NCBI GenBank assembly: GCA_050916045.1
Contig: CP051526.1
Location: 2,432,001-2,496,000 of the forward strand
DNA: 64,000 nt
Source: Tepidisphaera sp.
Lineage (GTDB): Bacteria; Planctomycetota; Phycisphaerae; Phycisphaerales; UBA1924
Direction: 5' to 3'
The translations under genes and the position numbers were made by a program. The notes under the pieces were generated by a model. That model made no database searches and was not told where the DNA came from. It worked only from the letters and a program-made list of their open reading frames with translations. This document shows positions 27,848 to 38,522 of the stretch, piece after piece (positions within the stretch are counted from its first letter, which is position 1; each line of letters begins with the position of its first letter).

Positions 27848-28825
27848 ATGATGCTGTTCCTGCTGGCCCTTGCAGCCCCCCCCACGACCGCTTCCAATCC
27901 CGCGGCCAGCCCGGCTGTTTCCGCGCCCGCGGGGGCGCCCGGCGCGGGGGCCGGTGCCGCGGCGGCCAAGATGTCGGGCGTAGAGGCGGCGGTGGCCGCG
28001 CCGCTCACAACACTTTCGGCGCTCGGGGACGAGGTCTTGCGGTTCGCGCGGGACAAGGGGCCGGCGGTGGTCGGGGCGATGGTCATATTCGTCCTCGCGT
28101 GGATGCTCTCCAAGTGGGCGCGGCGCGTGGTCTTCATGGCTTTCACGCAGGCGAAGGTGGACCCGCTGCTTGCCAAGTTCTTCGGGAACATGGCGAGGTG
28201 GGCGGTCCTGGCGTTCGCGATCGTGACGTGCCTGGGGACGCTGGGGTTTGAGACGACGAGCTTGGCGGCGGTGATCGGCGCGATGGGGCTTGCGATCGGC
28301 TTGGCGCTGCAGGGGAACCTGGGGAACCTGGCGTCGGGCGTGCTTCTTCTGATCTTCCGTCCGTTCAAGATCGGGGACAGCGTGATCGTGGCGGGGCAGG
28401 CGGGGATCATCGACGGGATCGATCTCTTCACGACAAATCTCGACACCGCCGACAACCGGCGCATCATCGTGCCCAACGGGGCGATCTTCGGCGGGACGAT
28501 CGAGAACCAGAGCCACCATCCGCGTCGGAACATCACGGTCCCGGTGGCGACGGCGGGTTCGCTGGACCTTGACCGGAGCCGGGGGATCCTGCTTGACGTC
28601 GCCAAGCGGTGCGTCGCCGAGACGCCCGGGGCGCTGGCGGACCCCGCGCCCGCGGTGGCGCTGGCGGAGATCACCCCGAACGTCGTGTGGAACGTCACGG
28701 TCGCGGCGGAAACGGTGAGGCACGGGCCGGTGCGGGCGGCGCTGCTTGAGCTGATCAAGCGAACTGTGGATGCGGAGGGCCTTGCGCCCGCGCCGCCGGT
28801 GCAACTGGTCCGGCAGGTGCAGTAA
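27848..28825 (+). CDS. mscS: Small-conductance mechanosensitive channel
   Basis: GLAIGLALQGNLGNLASGVLLLIFRPFKIGD...T.DNRRIIVPN. Confidence 0.92.
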   Translation: MMLFLLALAAPPTTASNPAASPAVSAPAGAPGAGAGAAAAKMSGVEAAVAAPLTTLSALGDEVLRFARDKGPAVVGAMVIFVLAWMLSKWARRVVFMAFTQAKVDPLLAKFFGNMARWAVLAFAIVTCLGTLGFETTSLAAVIGAMGLAIGLALQGNLGNLASGVLLLIFRPFKIGDSVIVAGQAGIIDGIDLFTTNLDTADNRRIIVPNGAIFGGTIENQSHHPRRNITVPVATAGSLDLDRSRGILLDVAKRCVAETPGALADPAPAVALAEITPNVVWNVTVAAETVRHGPVRAALLELIKRTVDAEGLAPAPPVQLVRQVQ

Positions 28826-28868
28826 GCGGGCGGCGGCGGCGCGGGCGAGGTTTGGGTATGCTCGGGGC

Positions 28869-30659
28869 GTGAAGAACTTCTCCGTCATCGTGTTGTCGGC
28901 CGCGCTCTCGCTGGGCGGGCTTCTGAAGGTCGCAAGTGGTCAGCCCGCTTCTGTGGACGAGCAGGTCCGGGCGCTGCTCAGCCCACCGGGCTCGGCGAAA
29001 GCCAGCGTCACGGTCGCGCACTCTTACCAGAGCAGCGGGAACCGGACCATCCAGATCCTGCGGATCAGTGCTGGCGAGACGGGCGAGAGGAAGCCCGCGA
29101 TCCTGCTGGTGGCGGGTCTTGATGCGCGGCACCGCGTGGGGCCGGAGATGGCGCTTCGGGTGGCGCGAAAGCTCGCGGAAGCTCCGCCGGAGTGGCTGAA
29201 GGGCGTGAACGTGTACCTGCTGCCGATGGCGAACCCGGACGCATTCGCGGCGCGCGCGGGCGGGAGCGCGGTGGAGTTCGGGCGGCTGCCGATTCCGTCG
29301 GGGGGGACGGCGGTCAACGATGCGGACCGCGACCGGCGGCAGGGTGAGGATCCCGCGGAGGACCTGAACGGGGATGGGATGATCACGCTGATGCGGGTCA
29401 AGAACCCGGGGCCGGAAACGGGCCTGACCGCGACGTTGATTGATGAAACGGATGCGGAGGCGAACTCTCCGTGGAAGGGGTTGATGCGCGGGCCGGATGC
29501 GGCGAAGGGGGAGCGGGCGGTGTGGGCCGTGCTCGCGGAGGGGATCGATAACGACGGGGATGGGAAGTACAACGAGGATGGCCCGGGGCCGGCGGGGTTT
29601 GGCGCGGGGGGCGGGCTTGATCTGGACCGCAACTTCCCGATTGACTGGCCTGAGTTTGAGGATGGAGCGGGGGAAAGGCCGCTTCAGACGCCGGAATCGC
29701 GCGAGCTGGTGCAGTGGTGTCTGTCGACGCCGGAACTCGCGACGGTGGTGGTGTTCGGCCTTCACGACACGGTGATCGGGATTCCCGAAGCCGGGAAGTT
29801 TGATGCGACGGGGCAGGTGCCGATGGGGATCCTGAACGAGGACAAGGGGCTTTACGAAGCGGTTTCGGCGAAGTACCGCGAGCTGACAGGCATCAACGGG
29901 GCCGAGCGGCCGGGACTTTCCGGCTCGTTCACGGCGTGGGCGTACGCGGCGTTGGGGCTTCCGACGTTCGAGACGCCGGTCTGGGCGAGAGTTGACCGGA
30001 TGGATGAGGATCGCCGCCCCAAGCCCGCACCCGCGGCGGAAGACGCGCCCGGGGAGAAGAAGGAAGACGCCAAGGAAGAGAAGAAAGAAGAGCCGCGGCC
30101 CGAGCCGAAGACCGAGGACCAGAAGTGGATGCGAGCGTTGGAGAAGGATGCGCCGTTCATCGCGTGGAAGCCGTTTGACCATCCCACGCTTGGGCCGGTT
30201 GAGATCGGAGGGTTCGCGCCGGGGTCCAAGATCAATCCCGCGCCCGGATCCGACAGCGATGCGCGGCTGGAGCGCCTCGCGGAGGATCACACGAAGTTCC
30301 TGGGCGAACTGGCGGGGAACTTCGCGAGCGTCGAAGCGGAAGCTACGGCCGAACGGCTGGGGCCGGGGATGTGGAAGATCCGTGCCCGCGTGACCAACAC
30401 GGCGGCGTGGCCGACGCAGACGGCGATGAGCGTGCGGACGAGGCAGGCTCTGCCGACCTCGGTGACCATCGGGCTCGCGCCGGAGGCGATCGTCTCGGGC
30501 AACGTGCGGCAGTCCAGCGACAAGCTCGCACCGCGGGGCGGGCGGATGGATGCGGAGTGGGTGGTGCTTGTCAAGGATGGAGAAATGGTGAAGCTGACCT
30601 TGACGAACCCGCAGCGCGGGCCGCGGGAAATCAAGGTTGAGCTGACCGCGGCGAAGTAG
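28869..30659 (+). CDS. Secreted M14 zinc carboxypeptidase-like protein with degenerate metal ligands
   Basis: KPAILLVAG, ANPD, EGIDNDGDGKYNEDG, DLDRNFP, WKPFDHPTLGPVEIGGF. The HxxE position reads DARH. Confidence 0.8.
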   Translation: MKNFSVIVLSAALSLGGLLKVASGQPASVDEQVRALLSPPGSAKASVTVAHSYQSSGNRTIQILRISAGETGERKPAILLVAGLDARHRVGPEMALRVARKLAEAPPEWLKGVNVYLLPMANPDAFAARAGGSAVEFGRLPIPSGGTAVNDADRDRRQGEDPAEDLNGDGMITLMRVKNPGPETGLTATLIDETDAEANSPWKGLMRGPDAAKGERAVWAVLAEGIDNDGDGKYNEDGPGPAGFGAGGGLDLDRNFPIDWPEFEDGAGERPLQTPESRELVQWCLSTPELATVVVFGLHDTVIGIPEAGKFDATGQVPMGILNEDKGLYEAVSAKYRELTGINGAERPGLSGSFTAWAYAALGLPTFETPVWARVDRMDEDRRPKPAPAAEDAPGEKKEDAKEEKKEEPRPEPKTEDQKWMRALEKDAPFIAWKPFDHPTLGPVEIGGFAPGSKINPAPGSDSDARLERLAEDHTKFLGELAGNFASVEAEATAERLGPGMWKIRARVTNTAAWPTQTAMSVRTRQALPTSVTIGLAPEAIVSGNVRQSSDKLAPRGGRMDAEWVVLVKDGEMVKLTLTNPQRGPREIKVELTAAK

Positions 30660-30768
30660 GAGCCGGGCCGGGGCCGGTCGGAACAGCCGTTCCGAAGCCG
30701 CGGGGAACCGGGGTGGCGGCGAGCCCGGGGGATCCGACCGGGCCGGGGGACGTAGAGTGCTCACCGGC

Positions 30769-32622
30769 ATGAGGCACGTTCAGGGCATGTTGCGCGATGG
30801 GAACGGACGAAGGGTCGCCCGCGTGGCGGCACGCGTGCTCGTCGGCTTGGCGGGCGTGGTGTGCCTGGGCGGTGTGGTGGCGTGCGGGGGGACGGAATCC
30901 GGGGGGGAAGCGGGCGGGGCAGCGCGGCTTCTGCGAGAGCCCGGGCAGGCGCGGCTGGATGCGGCGTGGGGGAGCGTGGTGGTCGTGCCGGCGCGGAGCT
31001 TGCCGCTTCGGCGGGTTGGGATGATCGACGCGGCTTCGGTGCGGGCACGGACCGACGATGGGCAGGCGGTCGAGATCGAATGGCGGAAGCTCCGCGTCTC
31101 ACCGGGTGAGTCGCCGGCGATGCCGCCGACGGGCCGCCGGGGATGGATGCCACCGGTGGGTTTGTGGTCGACCGCGCGGGTCGGAGGTGGCGAGAGCGAA
31201 GCTCCGCTTGGGCCGGAGGAGATGGCGGCGGAGTTTGCGGTGCTGACGCTGCCGCAGGGGACGCTGGGGCAGGGCGTGTGGATGGAGGGGAGCGGGATCG
31301 GCGATGGTGCGTCGGGCGTGCGGCTTGAGGTGAACTGGCTTGCGTCGTCGGTGTCGCTTGCGGAGCGGGCGGGTGGAACGGTGCTCGAACCGCCGCTGAA
31401 GGCTGAGGAAGCGGCGAGCCCGTTGATACGTGCGGCGCTTGATGATGAAAGCACGAGCCCGTTCCGGCGGTGGCGGGCGCGGCTGGCTCGCGGGATGTTG
31501 ATGCCGACGGAGAGCGCGGGGCCGGCTCGCGAAGCGGCGGTGGATGCGTTCGCGGATCCGGTGCTTGAAGAGATCGCCGCGCAGATGGAGGAGCGGTGGA
31601 CGGTGGCGCTGCTGCTTCTGACGCAGGCGGATGCGGCGATGGCTTCGCGGGTGCGGGCAGGGCTGGTGCTGACGGCGAACGTGGGCCAGGGAGTGGTCGC
31701 GCCGGCGTGGCCGACGGATCAGGGTGTGCTGGATGAACTGCTCGCGGGGCTGCTCGCGCCTCGCGCGACGCGGAGCCAGCGGCTGATCGCGGCGGAGAAC
31801 TTCCTGAGGACGATCCCGGAGGCGGTCGCGCGGATCGCGGATGATGCGCACGCGCTGGATGCGGTCACGCTTGCGCCAGTGGTGGTGATCGCGGCGACAA
31901 ACCTGACGGACCGGCCGCTGGCGGCTTCGGCGCTGTGGCCACGGTCGCTTGCCGCGCCGGATCTGATCCCCATCGCTCCGCGCGGTGTGGCGCGGCTGGT
32001 TTTGCCGACGGATGCGGAGACGGTCGCGAGCCGCCCGGCGTGGGCTTCGGTGGTTGTCGGAGACTGGCGGGGGAAGGTTCCGGCATCGCCGGTGGCGGCG
32101 GGCGTGGTGCCGCCGGGCCTGTTCCTGGGGCCGATGTCGCCGGATCTTTCGAAGGATGAGTGGCTGGGTTGGCCGGCGGATGCGTCGCAGGCGGCCGTGC
32201 CCCCGGTAGCGGTCACGATCATCCGGGCGCCCTCGCCGAACCCGCGCGAGCGGGCGCACTCGGAAGGGTGGGTGCTTTACGGGGAATCCGCGCCGGGCGT
32301 CGAGGGCGTGGTGCGGGTGTGGCTTGGCACGACGACGAGCGGGCGCGAGCCGCTGGTGGTGGTGACCGGAACGCCACTCCCCCCGGGGGCGGATGGCGCG
32401 GCTTCGCCGGGGACCAAGCGGACGTTCTCGATCCCGATCCCGGCGGAAGCGGTCACGCGGGGCACGCTGCTGATCGGCGTGGATGCGACGGTGAGTTTGG
32501 CAGGACGGGAGTCGCACTGGGCGTGGCCGCGGGCGATGTTCCCCTGGCAGAAAGCTCCGTCGCGAGCGGCTTTGAACCTTTCGGCGTGGGGCGGGGTGGC
32601 GGCGCCAACCGGGTCGCGATGA
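30769..32622 (+). CDS. Hypothetical exported protein / lipoprotein
   Basis: Long ORF matching local codon style; hydrophobic leader ending VVACGG. Start uncertain. Confidence 0.65.
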   Translation: MRHVQGMLRDGNGRRVARVAARVLVGLAGVVCLGGVVACGGTESGGEAGGAARLLREPGQARLDAAWGSVVVVPARSLPLRRVGMIDAASVRARTDDGQAVEIEWRKLRVSPGESPAMPPTGRRGWMPPVGLWSTARVGGGESEAPLGPEEMAAEFAVLTLPQGTLGQGVWMEGSGIGDGASGVRLEVNWLASSVSLAERAGGTVLEPPLKAEEAASPLIRAALDDESTSPFRRWRARLARGMLMPTESAGPAREAAVDAFADPVLEEIAAQMEERWTVALLLLTQADAAMASRVRAGLVLTANVGQGVVAPAWPTDQGVLDELLAGLLAPRATRSQRLIAAENFLRTIPEAVARIADDAHALDAVTLAPVVVIAATNLTDRPLAASALWPRSLAAPDLIPIAPRGVARLVLPTDAETVASRPAWASVVVGDWRGKVPASPVAAGVVPPGLFLGPMSPDLSKDEWLGWPADASQAAVPPVAVTIIRAPSPNPRERAHSEGWVLYGESAPGVEGVVRVWLGTTTSGREPLVVVTGTPLPPGADGAASPGTKRTFSIPIPAEAVTRGTLLIGVDATVSLAGRESHWAWPRAMFPWQKAPSRAALNLSAWGGVAAPTGSR

Positions 32623-32625
32623 CGG

Positions 32626-34638
32626 TCAGGTCACGCGGCTTCGAAGGCCGTAGAGGATCCATTCCAGCACGAGCAGGGTGCCCGCGATGAGCACCAGCAG
32701 AGGCCAGATCTCGCGCGGGCCGGCGTCGGACTGGGCGGTCGCGGCGGCACGGCCGGCGACCTCGATGCTATCGCGAGTTGCGATGGTGGATTCACGCTCA
32801 TCGGCGAGGTTGACGGCGACCACGCCGGGTGTTGCTCCGGTGGTGTAGACGCCGGCGCGGTCGAGCGGGCCGACCACCACGCGGGGGGAAGCGGGCGGGA
32901 ACGTCACGGGGATGGTGACCGGGCCTTCGAGACGAGCGGTCGTCGAGCCGGCGAGAGCCATGAGTTCGAACCGTGAGCCCGTGGAGAAGCTCACCGCGGC
33001 GGATTCGGCGTTGCGGCCGGTGAGGAACTCCACGGCGGAAGAGAGGAAGATCGCAAACCCGGGCTCGAGAGCCCAGTTGGTCTGCCCGACCTCGAACGAC
33101 AGGGCGAGTCGGCGCACGCCGGAATCCTCGGAGACGCGGATCAGCGGCCCGTTTGCGCCGCGAGCGAGTTCGTCGAGCTTGACGGCGCTGGCGGCGTCCT
33201 GCGGGATCTCCGTGAACCGGCGGGAGAGGCCGATGTAGACCGTGTCGAGGGAGACATCGCGAAGGACGGGGTGGGCTCGCTTCCAGGAAAGGGCGTAGCC
33301 GGTCGCTTCGGCGGCGGCGGGCCCGAGCGAGAGACCGGCGCTGGGGAGGGATGAAGCGATGGCGAGCGTCGGAACGGCGGGGAGCACGGAAAGGTCGGTG
33401 CGGTCCAGAACGAAGAGGTCAAAGCCGAGCGCGCGGCCGTCCGCGAGCATCTGCAGCATCGTCGAGGGCGTCACGGTCTCGAGGCGTTCGAGGGGGAGTT
33501 CCTCCAGCACGTCCTTGAGGAGGCCCTGGGCGGTCAGGCCTTCGGCTTGCGGAGTGCCGACGCCGGGGGTGACGAAAAGGACCGAGGGGCGGAGTGCGGC
33601 GGCGACGACGACGGAAGCCATGTCGTCCGGTTGGAGGAGGTCGCCGGAGACGCCCTCGACGGAGAGGGTCACGATGCCGGCTTGGGGTTTGAAGGCTTCG
33701 AAGGTGACGCCGAGTGAGCCGGCTTCCTGATCGGAAGCGGGCGGGATGGTGACGGCGCGGCGGTCGACGACCTCGCCGCTGAAAGCGAGCGTAAGAGACG
33801 CGGAGGCGGGGAGCGAGGAAGCGTTGACGAGGCGGCCGAAGACGCGGAGCGTCGACGGGCTTGCATCATCGCGGCGGGCGGCGAGAGCGGCGACGCCGAC
33901 GTTGACCGGACGCGGCTGCGTCGCGGGCGGTCCGCAGCGGACGAAGCGAATCTCTGCGCCGCCGGCGGAGAGGGGGCGGTCGGAAGGGAAGCCGCCGTCG
34001 CTCAGGATGATCACGACGGTGCCGTCGGCGGCGGTCTCTTCCGCGCCTTCCGGGCTCACGAGTGAAGCGACGACCTTCATGGCGGCGTCGAGGTCGCCGG
34101 GCTGGTCGGTGCCGCGGACGGTCGCGACCTCATCGCGGACGAGGCGGAGATCGGGCGTGAGGCCGATCAGCACGGCGGGCTCGGCGGCGAAGGTGATGCA
34201 GCCGACGGCGACCCCGCCGACGCCACGGGAGAGGTCGGCGATGATGTCGGCGGCTTCGCGTTTGGCCCGTTCGAGGCGGGTGATGGGGTCTTCGCCGGGT
34301 TCTCCGCCGTCGCGGGCTTGCATGGAAGCGGAGCGATCGATGACGAGGACGACGCGGGAGGCGGCGCCGAGAGCGCCGGTGTTCATGGCGGGGCGGCCGA
34401 GAGCGGCGATGAAGAGCAGCACGATGAGGGCGTGCAGGAAGAAGAGGACAGTGGGCGTGATCCACTTGAGCGGGGTGTTGACCTCGAGGTCGCGGGCGGC
34501 GTCTTCCCAAAGGACGGTCGAGCTCACGCGGACCGGGCGTCGACGCAGGCGGAGCAGGTAGAGCAGGAGGAGCGCGGGGAGCGCGAGCGCCGCCGCGACC
34601 GCCGCCGTTCCGGGAGCAAGAAAGGTGGGAAAGGACAC
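32626..34638 (-). CDS. BatA N-terminal + vWA domain membrane protein
   Basis: LLLLYLLRLRRRPVRVSSTVLW...ALGRP; MIDAS motif DRSASM...SDG; C-terminal REIWPLL...LEW. Confidence 0.9.
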   Translation of the reverse strand: MSFPTFLAPGTAAVAAALALPALLLLYLLRLRRRPVRVSSTVLWEDAARDLEVNTPLKWITPTVLFFLHALIVLLFIAALGRPAMNTGALGAASRVVLVIDRSASMQARDGGEPGEDPITRLERAKREAADIIADLSRGVGGVAVGCITFAAEPAVLIGLTPDLRLVRDEVATVRGTDQPGDLDAAMKVVASLVSPEGAEETAADGTVVIILSDGGFPSDRPLSAGGAEIRFVRCGPPATQPRPVNVGVAALAARRDDASPSTLRVFGRLVNASSLPASASLTLAFSGEVVDRRAVTIPPASDQEAGSLGVTFEAFKPQAGIVTLSVEGVSGDLLQPDDMASVVVAAALRPSVLFVTPGVGTPQAEGLTAQGLLKDVLEELPLERLETVTPSTMLQMLADGRALGFDLFVLDRTDLSVLPAVPTLAIASSLPSAGLSLGPAAAEATGYALSWKRAHPVLRDVSLDTVYIGLSRRFTEIPQDAASAVKLDELARGANGPLIRVSEDSGVRRLALSFEVGQTNWALEPGFAIFLSSAVEFLTGRNAESAAVSFSTGSRFELMALAGSTTARLEGPVTIPVTFPPASPRVVVGPLDRAGVYTTGATPGVVAVNLADERESTIATRDSIEVAGRAAATAQSDAGPREIWPLLVLIAGTLLVLEWILYGLRSRVT

Positions 34639-34665
34639 GTCCGAGGGTACGACCGCCGGCGGGGG

Positions 34666-36180
34666 TCAGTAGGACTTGACGACGCGGGCACCGGGATAGA
34701 AGAGGCTCAGCATCGCTTCGGCGGTCTCGCCCCGTTCGGCGAACCCCTTGGCGCAGTACTGGCAGAGGCCCACGCCGTGGCCGAAGCCGCGTCCGCGGAT
34801 GCGGATCTCGCCTGAGGCGGCAGGGGACCCCGGCGAGGTGATGATGAACTCAAGGTCGTTGCTTCGCACGTGCTCGGGACCGCTGCGGATATCCGGCAGG
34901 GGGAGCACGGCCGGGGAGCCGGGCACGCCGGGGTCGCCCTCGTTGCAGGCGACGCGCATTTCTTCCGCGCCGAGACGGAAGGTCTGGTTGCGGACATCGG
35001 TGATCAGGTAGCCGTTGGGCTTACCGGCGGCGTTGCGTTCGGTTGGGACGATGGACTTGATGCGATCGAGGGTCGCCATGCGCTTGCCGGCTTCGCGGGC
35101 CCAGGCGCGGATCCTGCGGGCGAGTTCGTCGTTCCGGCGGACAACTTCCCATGTGTAGACGGGGGCGCGTTCGCAAGCATGATCGCGCGGGGGCCCTTGC
35201 AGGGGGGCGGCCCGGTTGAATTCAAAGCCGCTCGTGGTGGGCCAGATCGCCGCCGCCGTCGCCGGACGGCCGCCGCAGCAGCTTGAGTAGTACGCTCGGA
35301 GCACACCGGTGGCGTCGTCGACGAGCATCATGCCGCGGGTGGCCTTGGCGGCTTCGATGGCGACCAAGCGGGTGGCGAGACCGCCGTAGGCCTGGTCGAG
35401 GGTTGAGCTTTCGACGTCGTAGGGTCGGCTCGAGGCGCGGGCGCGGGCGCGTTCGTGGGCGGCGTAGGAGCGGGCGGCGATGGCCTGGGCCTGATAGGCC
35501 TGCTTGGGCCAGCCGTCGTAGAGCTCTTTCTGGAGGACGCCGGCGATGTAGGTTTCCATCGCGAGGGTGGAGATGAGGTCGAAGGCTTTGGCGGTTTCGC
35601 GCCAGCGGCCGCGGACGGTGAGTTTGCCCGGGTAGCGGGTGCCGTCGACGGCCATGGTGGCGCGGTCGGGGTCGGGGAGTTCGGCTTGGATCTCAAGGTC
35701 GACGGCGAACCCCCAGTCGCGGACGCTCTGAGAGCCGTCCTTGGTGGAGATCCCGCTTGCGCCCATGGTGATGGTGACGGGGGCGCGGAGAACGACGGGA
35801 GCGGCGGTCGTTCCCAAGGGGCGGACGGCGACGAGGCCGGGCGCGGTGATCGCGGCGGAAGCGGCGCGGGTGCGGATGCGGACGCGGACGTCCGGTTCGG
35901 CGGAAGCGAGGCCGAAATGCGGGCTTGGCACCGGGCGGAGGGGCTGACGGCCGGCTCGCGGCTCCTCGCTGGTCTGGCAGGAGAGCACGGAGACGACGGC
36001 GCCCATGGCGACCAGGGCGAGCACGAACAGGCCGGAAGCGCGGCGGCGGATGGTGAGATCGGCGGCGATGGACTCGGCGGCGGACCTGCGGGACCGGGGC
36101 TTGCGGGGAGGCTGCCACGCGGCGAGAACACCACGCCCCCACCACGCGAGCTTGCTCCACCCTGAAGGCTTCCGTGCCAT
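34666..36180 (-). CDS. SpoIID/LytB domain protein
   Basis: ETYIAGVLQKE...AQAIAARSYA...DQAYGG...YYSSCCGG...GRGFGHGVGLCQY...FYPG. Confidence 0.92.
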   Translation of the reverse strand: MARKPSGWSKLAWWGRGVLAAWQPPRKPRSRRSAAESIAADLTIRRRASGLFVLALVAMGAVVSVLSCQTSEEPRAGRQPLRPVPSPHFGLASAEPDVRVRIRTRAASAAITAPGLVAVRPLGTTAAPVVLRAPVTITMGASGISTKDGSQSVRDWGFAVDLEIQAELPDPDRATMAVDGTRYPGKLTVRGRWRETAKAFDLISTLAMETYIAGVLQKELYDGWPKQAYQAQAIAARSYAAHERARARASSRPYDVESSTLDQAYGGLATRLVAIEAAKATRGMMLVDDATGVLRAYYSSCCGGRPATAAAIWPTTSGFEFNRAAPLQGPPRDHACERAPVYTWEVVRRNDELARRIRAWAREAGKRMATLDRIKSIVPTERNAAGKPNGYLITDVRNQTFRLGAEEMRVACNEGDPGVPGSPAVLPLPDIRSGPEHVRSNDLEFIITSPGSPAASGEIRIRGRGFGHGVGLCQYCAKGFAERGETAEAMLSLFYPGARVVKSY

Positions 36181-36271
36181 GCTGACCGCTCCTGCCCCGT
36201 GACGACCGTTCCCGACTAGCATACCCCAGGCCGCGACCAGGAAGCGTCGCGGAGTTCGCTTGGAGCATGCC

Positions 36272-36685
36272 ATGATCTTGCGCCGCGCCCTTTCTATCGT
36301 CCCCTGCCTGCTTGCGGCAGTCGCTTTTCTCACGATTCCTGCGTGCGGTTCGCGGCCGGTGCCCGAAGCGTCGGAAGCGGCGTACTCGGGGCCCCCGATC
36401 ACGCTTGATTCGACCGGAGCGCAGCACATCGTCGTGCTGGAAGCGCCGATGGGCGGCTACTCGCTGATGATCGACCGCGTGCAGGAGCGAGCGGGTTTCC
36501 AGGACATCTTCGTGACGGTCCGTGAGCCTGACCCGCGGTTTCTGCACACGCAGGCGGTGACGCGGCTTCGGGCGCTCTCGCCGCTGGCGTCGTCGGCCGC
36601 GGTGCGTGTGTGCGCACGGGTGCTCGCGGCGGATGAGGATCCGGACAGCCTTGAATACCCGATCGCGATTGACGCGCGGAGATGA
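36272..36685 (+). CDS. Small hypothetical lipoprotein
   Basis: Hydrophobic leader with lipobox-like IPAC; APMGGY...V.EPDP...TQAV is PrcB-C-like. Confidence 0.65.
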   Translation: MILRRALSIVPCLLAAVAFLTIPACGSRPVPEASEAAYSGPPITLDSTGAQHIVVLEAPMGGYSLMIDRVQERAGFQDIFVTVREPDPRFLHTQAVTRLRALSPLASSAAVRVCARVLAADEDPDSLEYPIAIDARR

Positions 36686-36721
36686 GTGTGCTGCGGGGGT
36701 GAACGCGTCGCGGCGGCGGGT

Positions 36722-38431
36722 TTACTCGAACTTCTCGCCCGTGAACCGGATCCCGAACCCGTAGAGGTCGGCGATCTCGGAGGAGGACTTCTTCTCGAGG
36801 TTCGAGATGCGCCCGATGATCGACTTGGGGTCGTCGGACGCGAGCTTGCCGAGGGTCTCGAACTTGTGAGCGAGGATGTCCTTGAGGTTCGCGCGATAGT
36901 CGTGCGGGGCGAGGTGGTTGCGGGCGTGGCCGCCGGGGTACATGATGAATCCGGAATCGTGCGCGACGCCCGAGTCGTCCGTGATCACCATCGAGGTCGG
37001 GATGCCGTCGGGGTACTTGGCGTCGTAGTCGTCGCCGCCGTGCTCGAAGGACATTTTGTCCATCAGGCGGCGTGTGAGCGGGTCGTGCAGGGCTTTGTCG
37101 GTGAAGTCGTGCGGGACGAGCATGAGCTCTTTCCAGCCCAGGGTGCCCTTGGTGGCCTGGCGGAGTTCGAGGGCTTTGCGGAGCATCGTGCAGACGAGGA
37201 AGAGCATGGAGTGGTCGGCGGACTGACGCGTCTTGGGGTCGCGCTTGGCCGGGTCGCCGATGATGCCGAAGGCGGGCTCGTAGGCTCGGACCTTCATGGC
37301 GGCGATGGCGTCGCCGGTCTGGTCTTCGAGGAGATGGGGCTTGGCGTTGATGAGGTTGATGAGGGCCTGGAGCGCGCCGGCGGACTGGTGCTCGTAGAGG
37401 CCGAGTTTGAAGTGCATGCCCATGACGGCGAAGTCGTCGCCGGCGCGACCGAGGACGAGGTCGAAGGGGCTGGCGTAGACCTTGCCCTTGGCTTCACCCT
37501 TGGCTTCGGGGATGCCGGTGCCCATGGAGTGGGTCTTGGTGAAGAGCTGTCCGGGGCCTTCGAAGAGGCGGAAGACGGCTTCGGGGTTGCGGAAGATGTC
37601 TCGCGGGCCAAGGAAACCGGCCATGGAGCGTTTGACGGCCATGATGGCGGCTTCGGTGGAGATGGCGGCGGAGGCGCCCTTGGAATCGGAGAGCTGCTTG
37701 CCGGCGCGGATGGCGCGGAAGGGGATGTAGTGAGCGACGACCATGCCGATGGCGGATTCGATCTGCTCGGCGGTGGCGCCCATCATCGCGCCGAAGGTCG
37801 CGGCGGAGCCGATCGCGCCGTGGAGGACGTGGTCGATCTTGTAGCTCTTGAGGGAGAAGACCTCGGCGAGGCGGCCGCGGATCTCATCGAGCAGGATCAT
37901 GCCCTTGAGCGCGAAATCGCCGCCCTTGCCGCGAAGCTGGGCCGCGGCGGTCGCGACGGAGTAGAAGTCATTGTGGCCGAACTCGCCCGCGGTGTGGCCG
38001 AGCTGGGGGTTAAAGCCGAAGTTGGTCCCGTTCGTGTCCCACTCGCGGACCGCGGAGCAGTTGGCGACCATCGCTTTCTCGACCGCGACGTTGACGGAAG
38101 AGCCGAAGACCGGCACGCCGGTGCGGACCGCGCCCCTGGCCCACGGAACGCCCGCGAGCGAGCCGATGCCCGAGGCGCCGGTGCGGTACTCGGCGAGTGC
38201 TTCATTGCGGAGCAGGTTCGGGGCGTTGGTGCCGACGGCGAGGGCGGAGATGCCCGCGATGACGGCGTCGGTGTGGAAGAGGTTGGTCTTCTCCATGACC
38301 GCCGAAGAGGGCTCGCCGCGCTTGCCCGGGGTGGTGGACATGAAGTCGATGGCGTACTGGGCGATCCCGAGCGCCTGGTTGGTGTCGGCGGGGAGGTGGA
38401 CGTGGGTTTCTTTGTTGATCGAGATGGTCAC
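36722..38431 (-). CDS. prpD: MmgE/PrpD family 2-methylcitrate dehydratase
   Basis: GEFGHND, KIDHVLHG, IRAGKQLSDSKG, FKLGLYEHQSAGA, RQSADHS, YPGGH. Confidence 0.88.
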   Translation of the reverse strand: MTISINKETHVHLPADTNQALGIAQYAIDFMSTTPGKRGEPSSAVMEKTNLFHTDAVIAGISALAVGTNAPNLLRNEALAEYRTGASGIGSLAGVPWARGAVRTGVPVFGSSVNVAVEKAMVANCSAVREWDTNGTNFGFNPQLGHTAGEFGHNDFYSVATAAAQLRGKGGDFALKGMILLDEIRGRLAEVFSLKSYKIDHVLHGAIGSAATFGAMMGATAEQIESAIGMVVAHYIPFRAIRAGKQLSDSKGASAAISTEAAIMAVKRSMAGFLGPRDIFRNPEAVFRLFEGPGQLFTKTHSMGTGIPEAKGEAKGKVYASPFDLVLGRAGDDFAVMGMHFKLGLYEHQSAGALQALINLINAKPHLLEDQTGDAIAAMKVRAYEPAFGIIGDPAKRDPKTRQSADHSMLFLVCTMLRKALELRQATKGTLGWKELMLVPHDFTDKALHDPLTRRLMDKMSFEHGGDDYDAKYPDGIPTSMVITDDSGVAHDSGFIMYPGGHARNHLAPHDYRANLKDILAHKFETLGKLASDDPKSIIGRISNLEKKSSSEIADLYGFGIRFTGEKFE

Positions 38432-38522
38432 GTGCGGACTCCGGAAAGGTGGGCGGAACGGTATCCGATTTCCTGAACTTCGTCGAAGGTTTCTCGGGCG
38501 GAACGTGCGAAAGCGGGCGGGA

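Noticed and set aside
36722..38431. prpD without prpB/prpC as a novel pathway
   Set aside because: Dispersed metabolic genes are normal in planctomycetes, and the partners may lie elsewhere in the genome.
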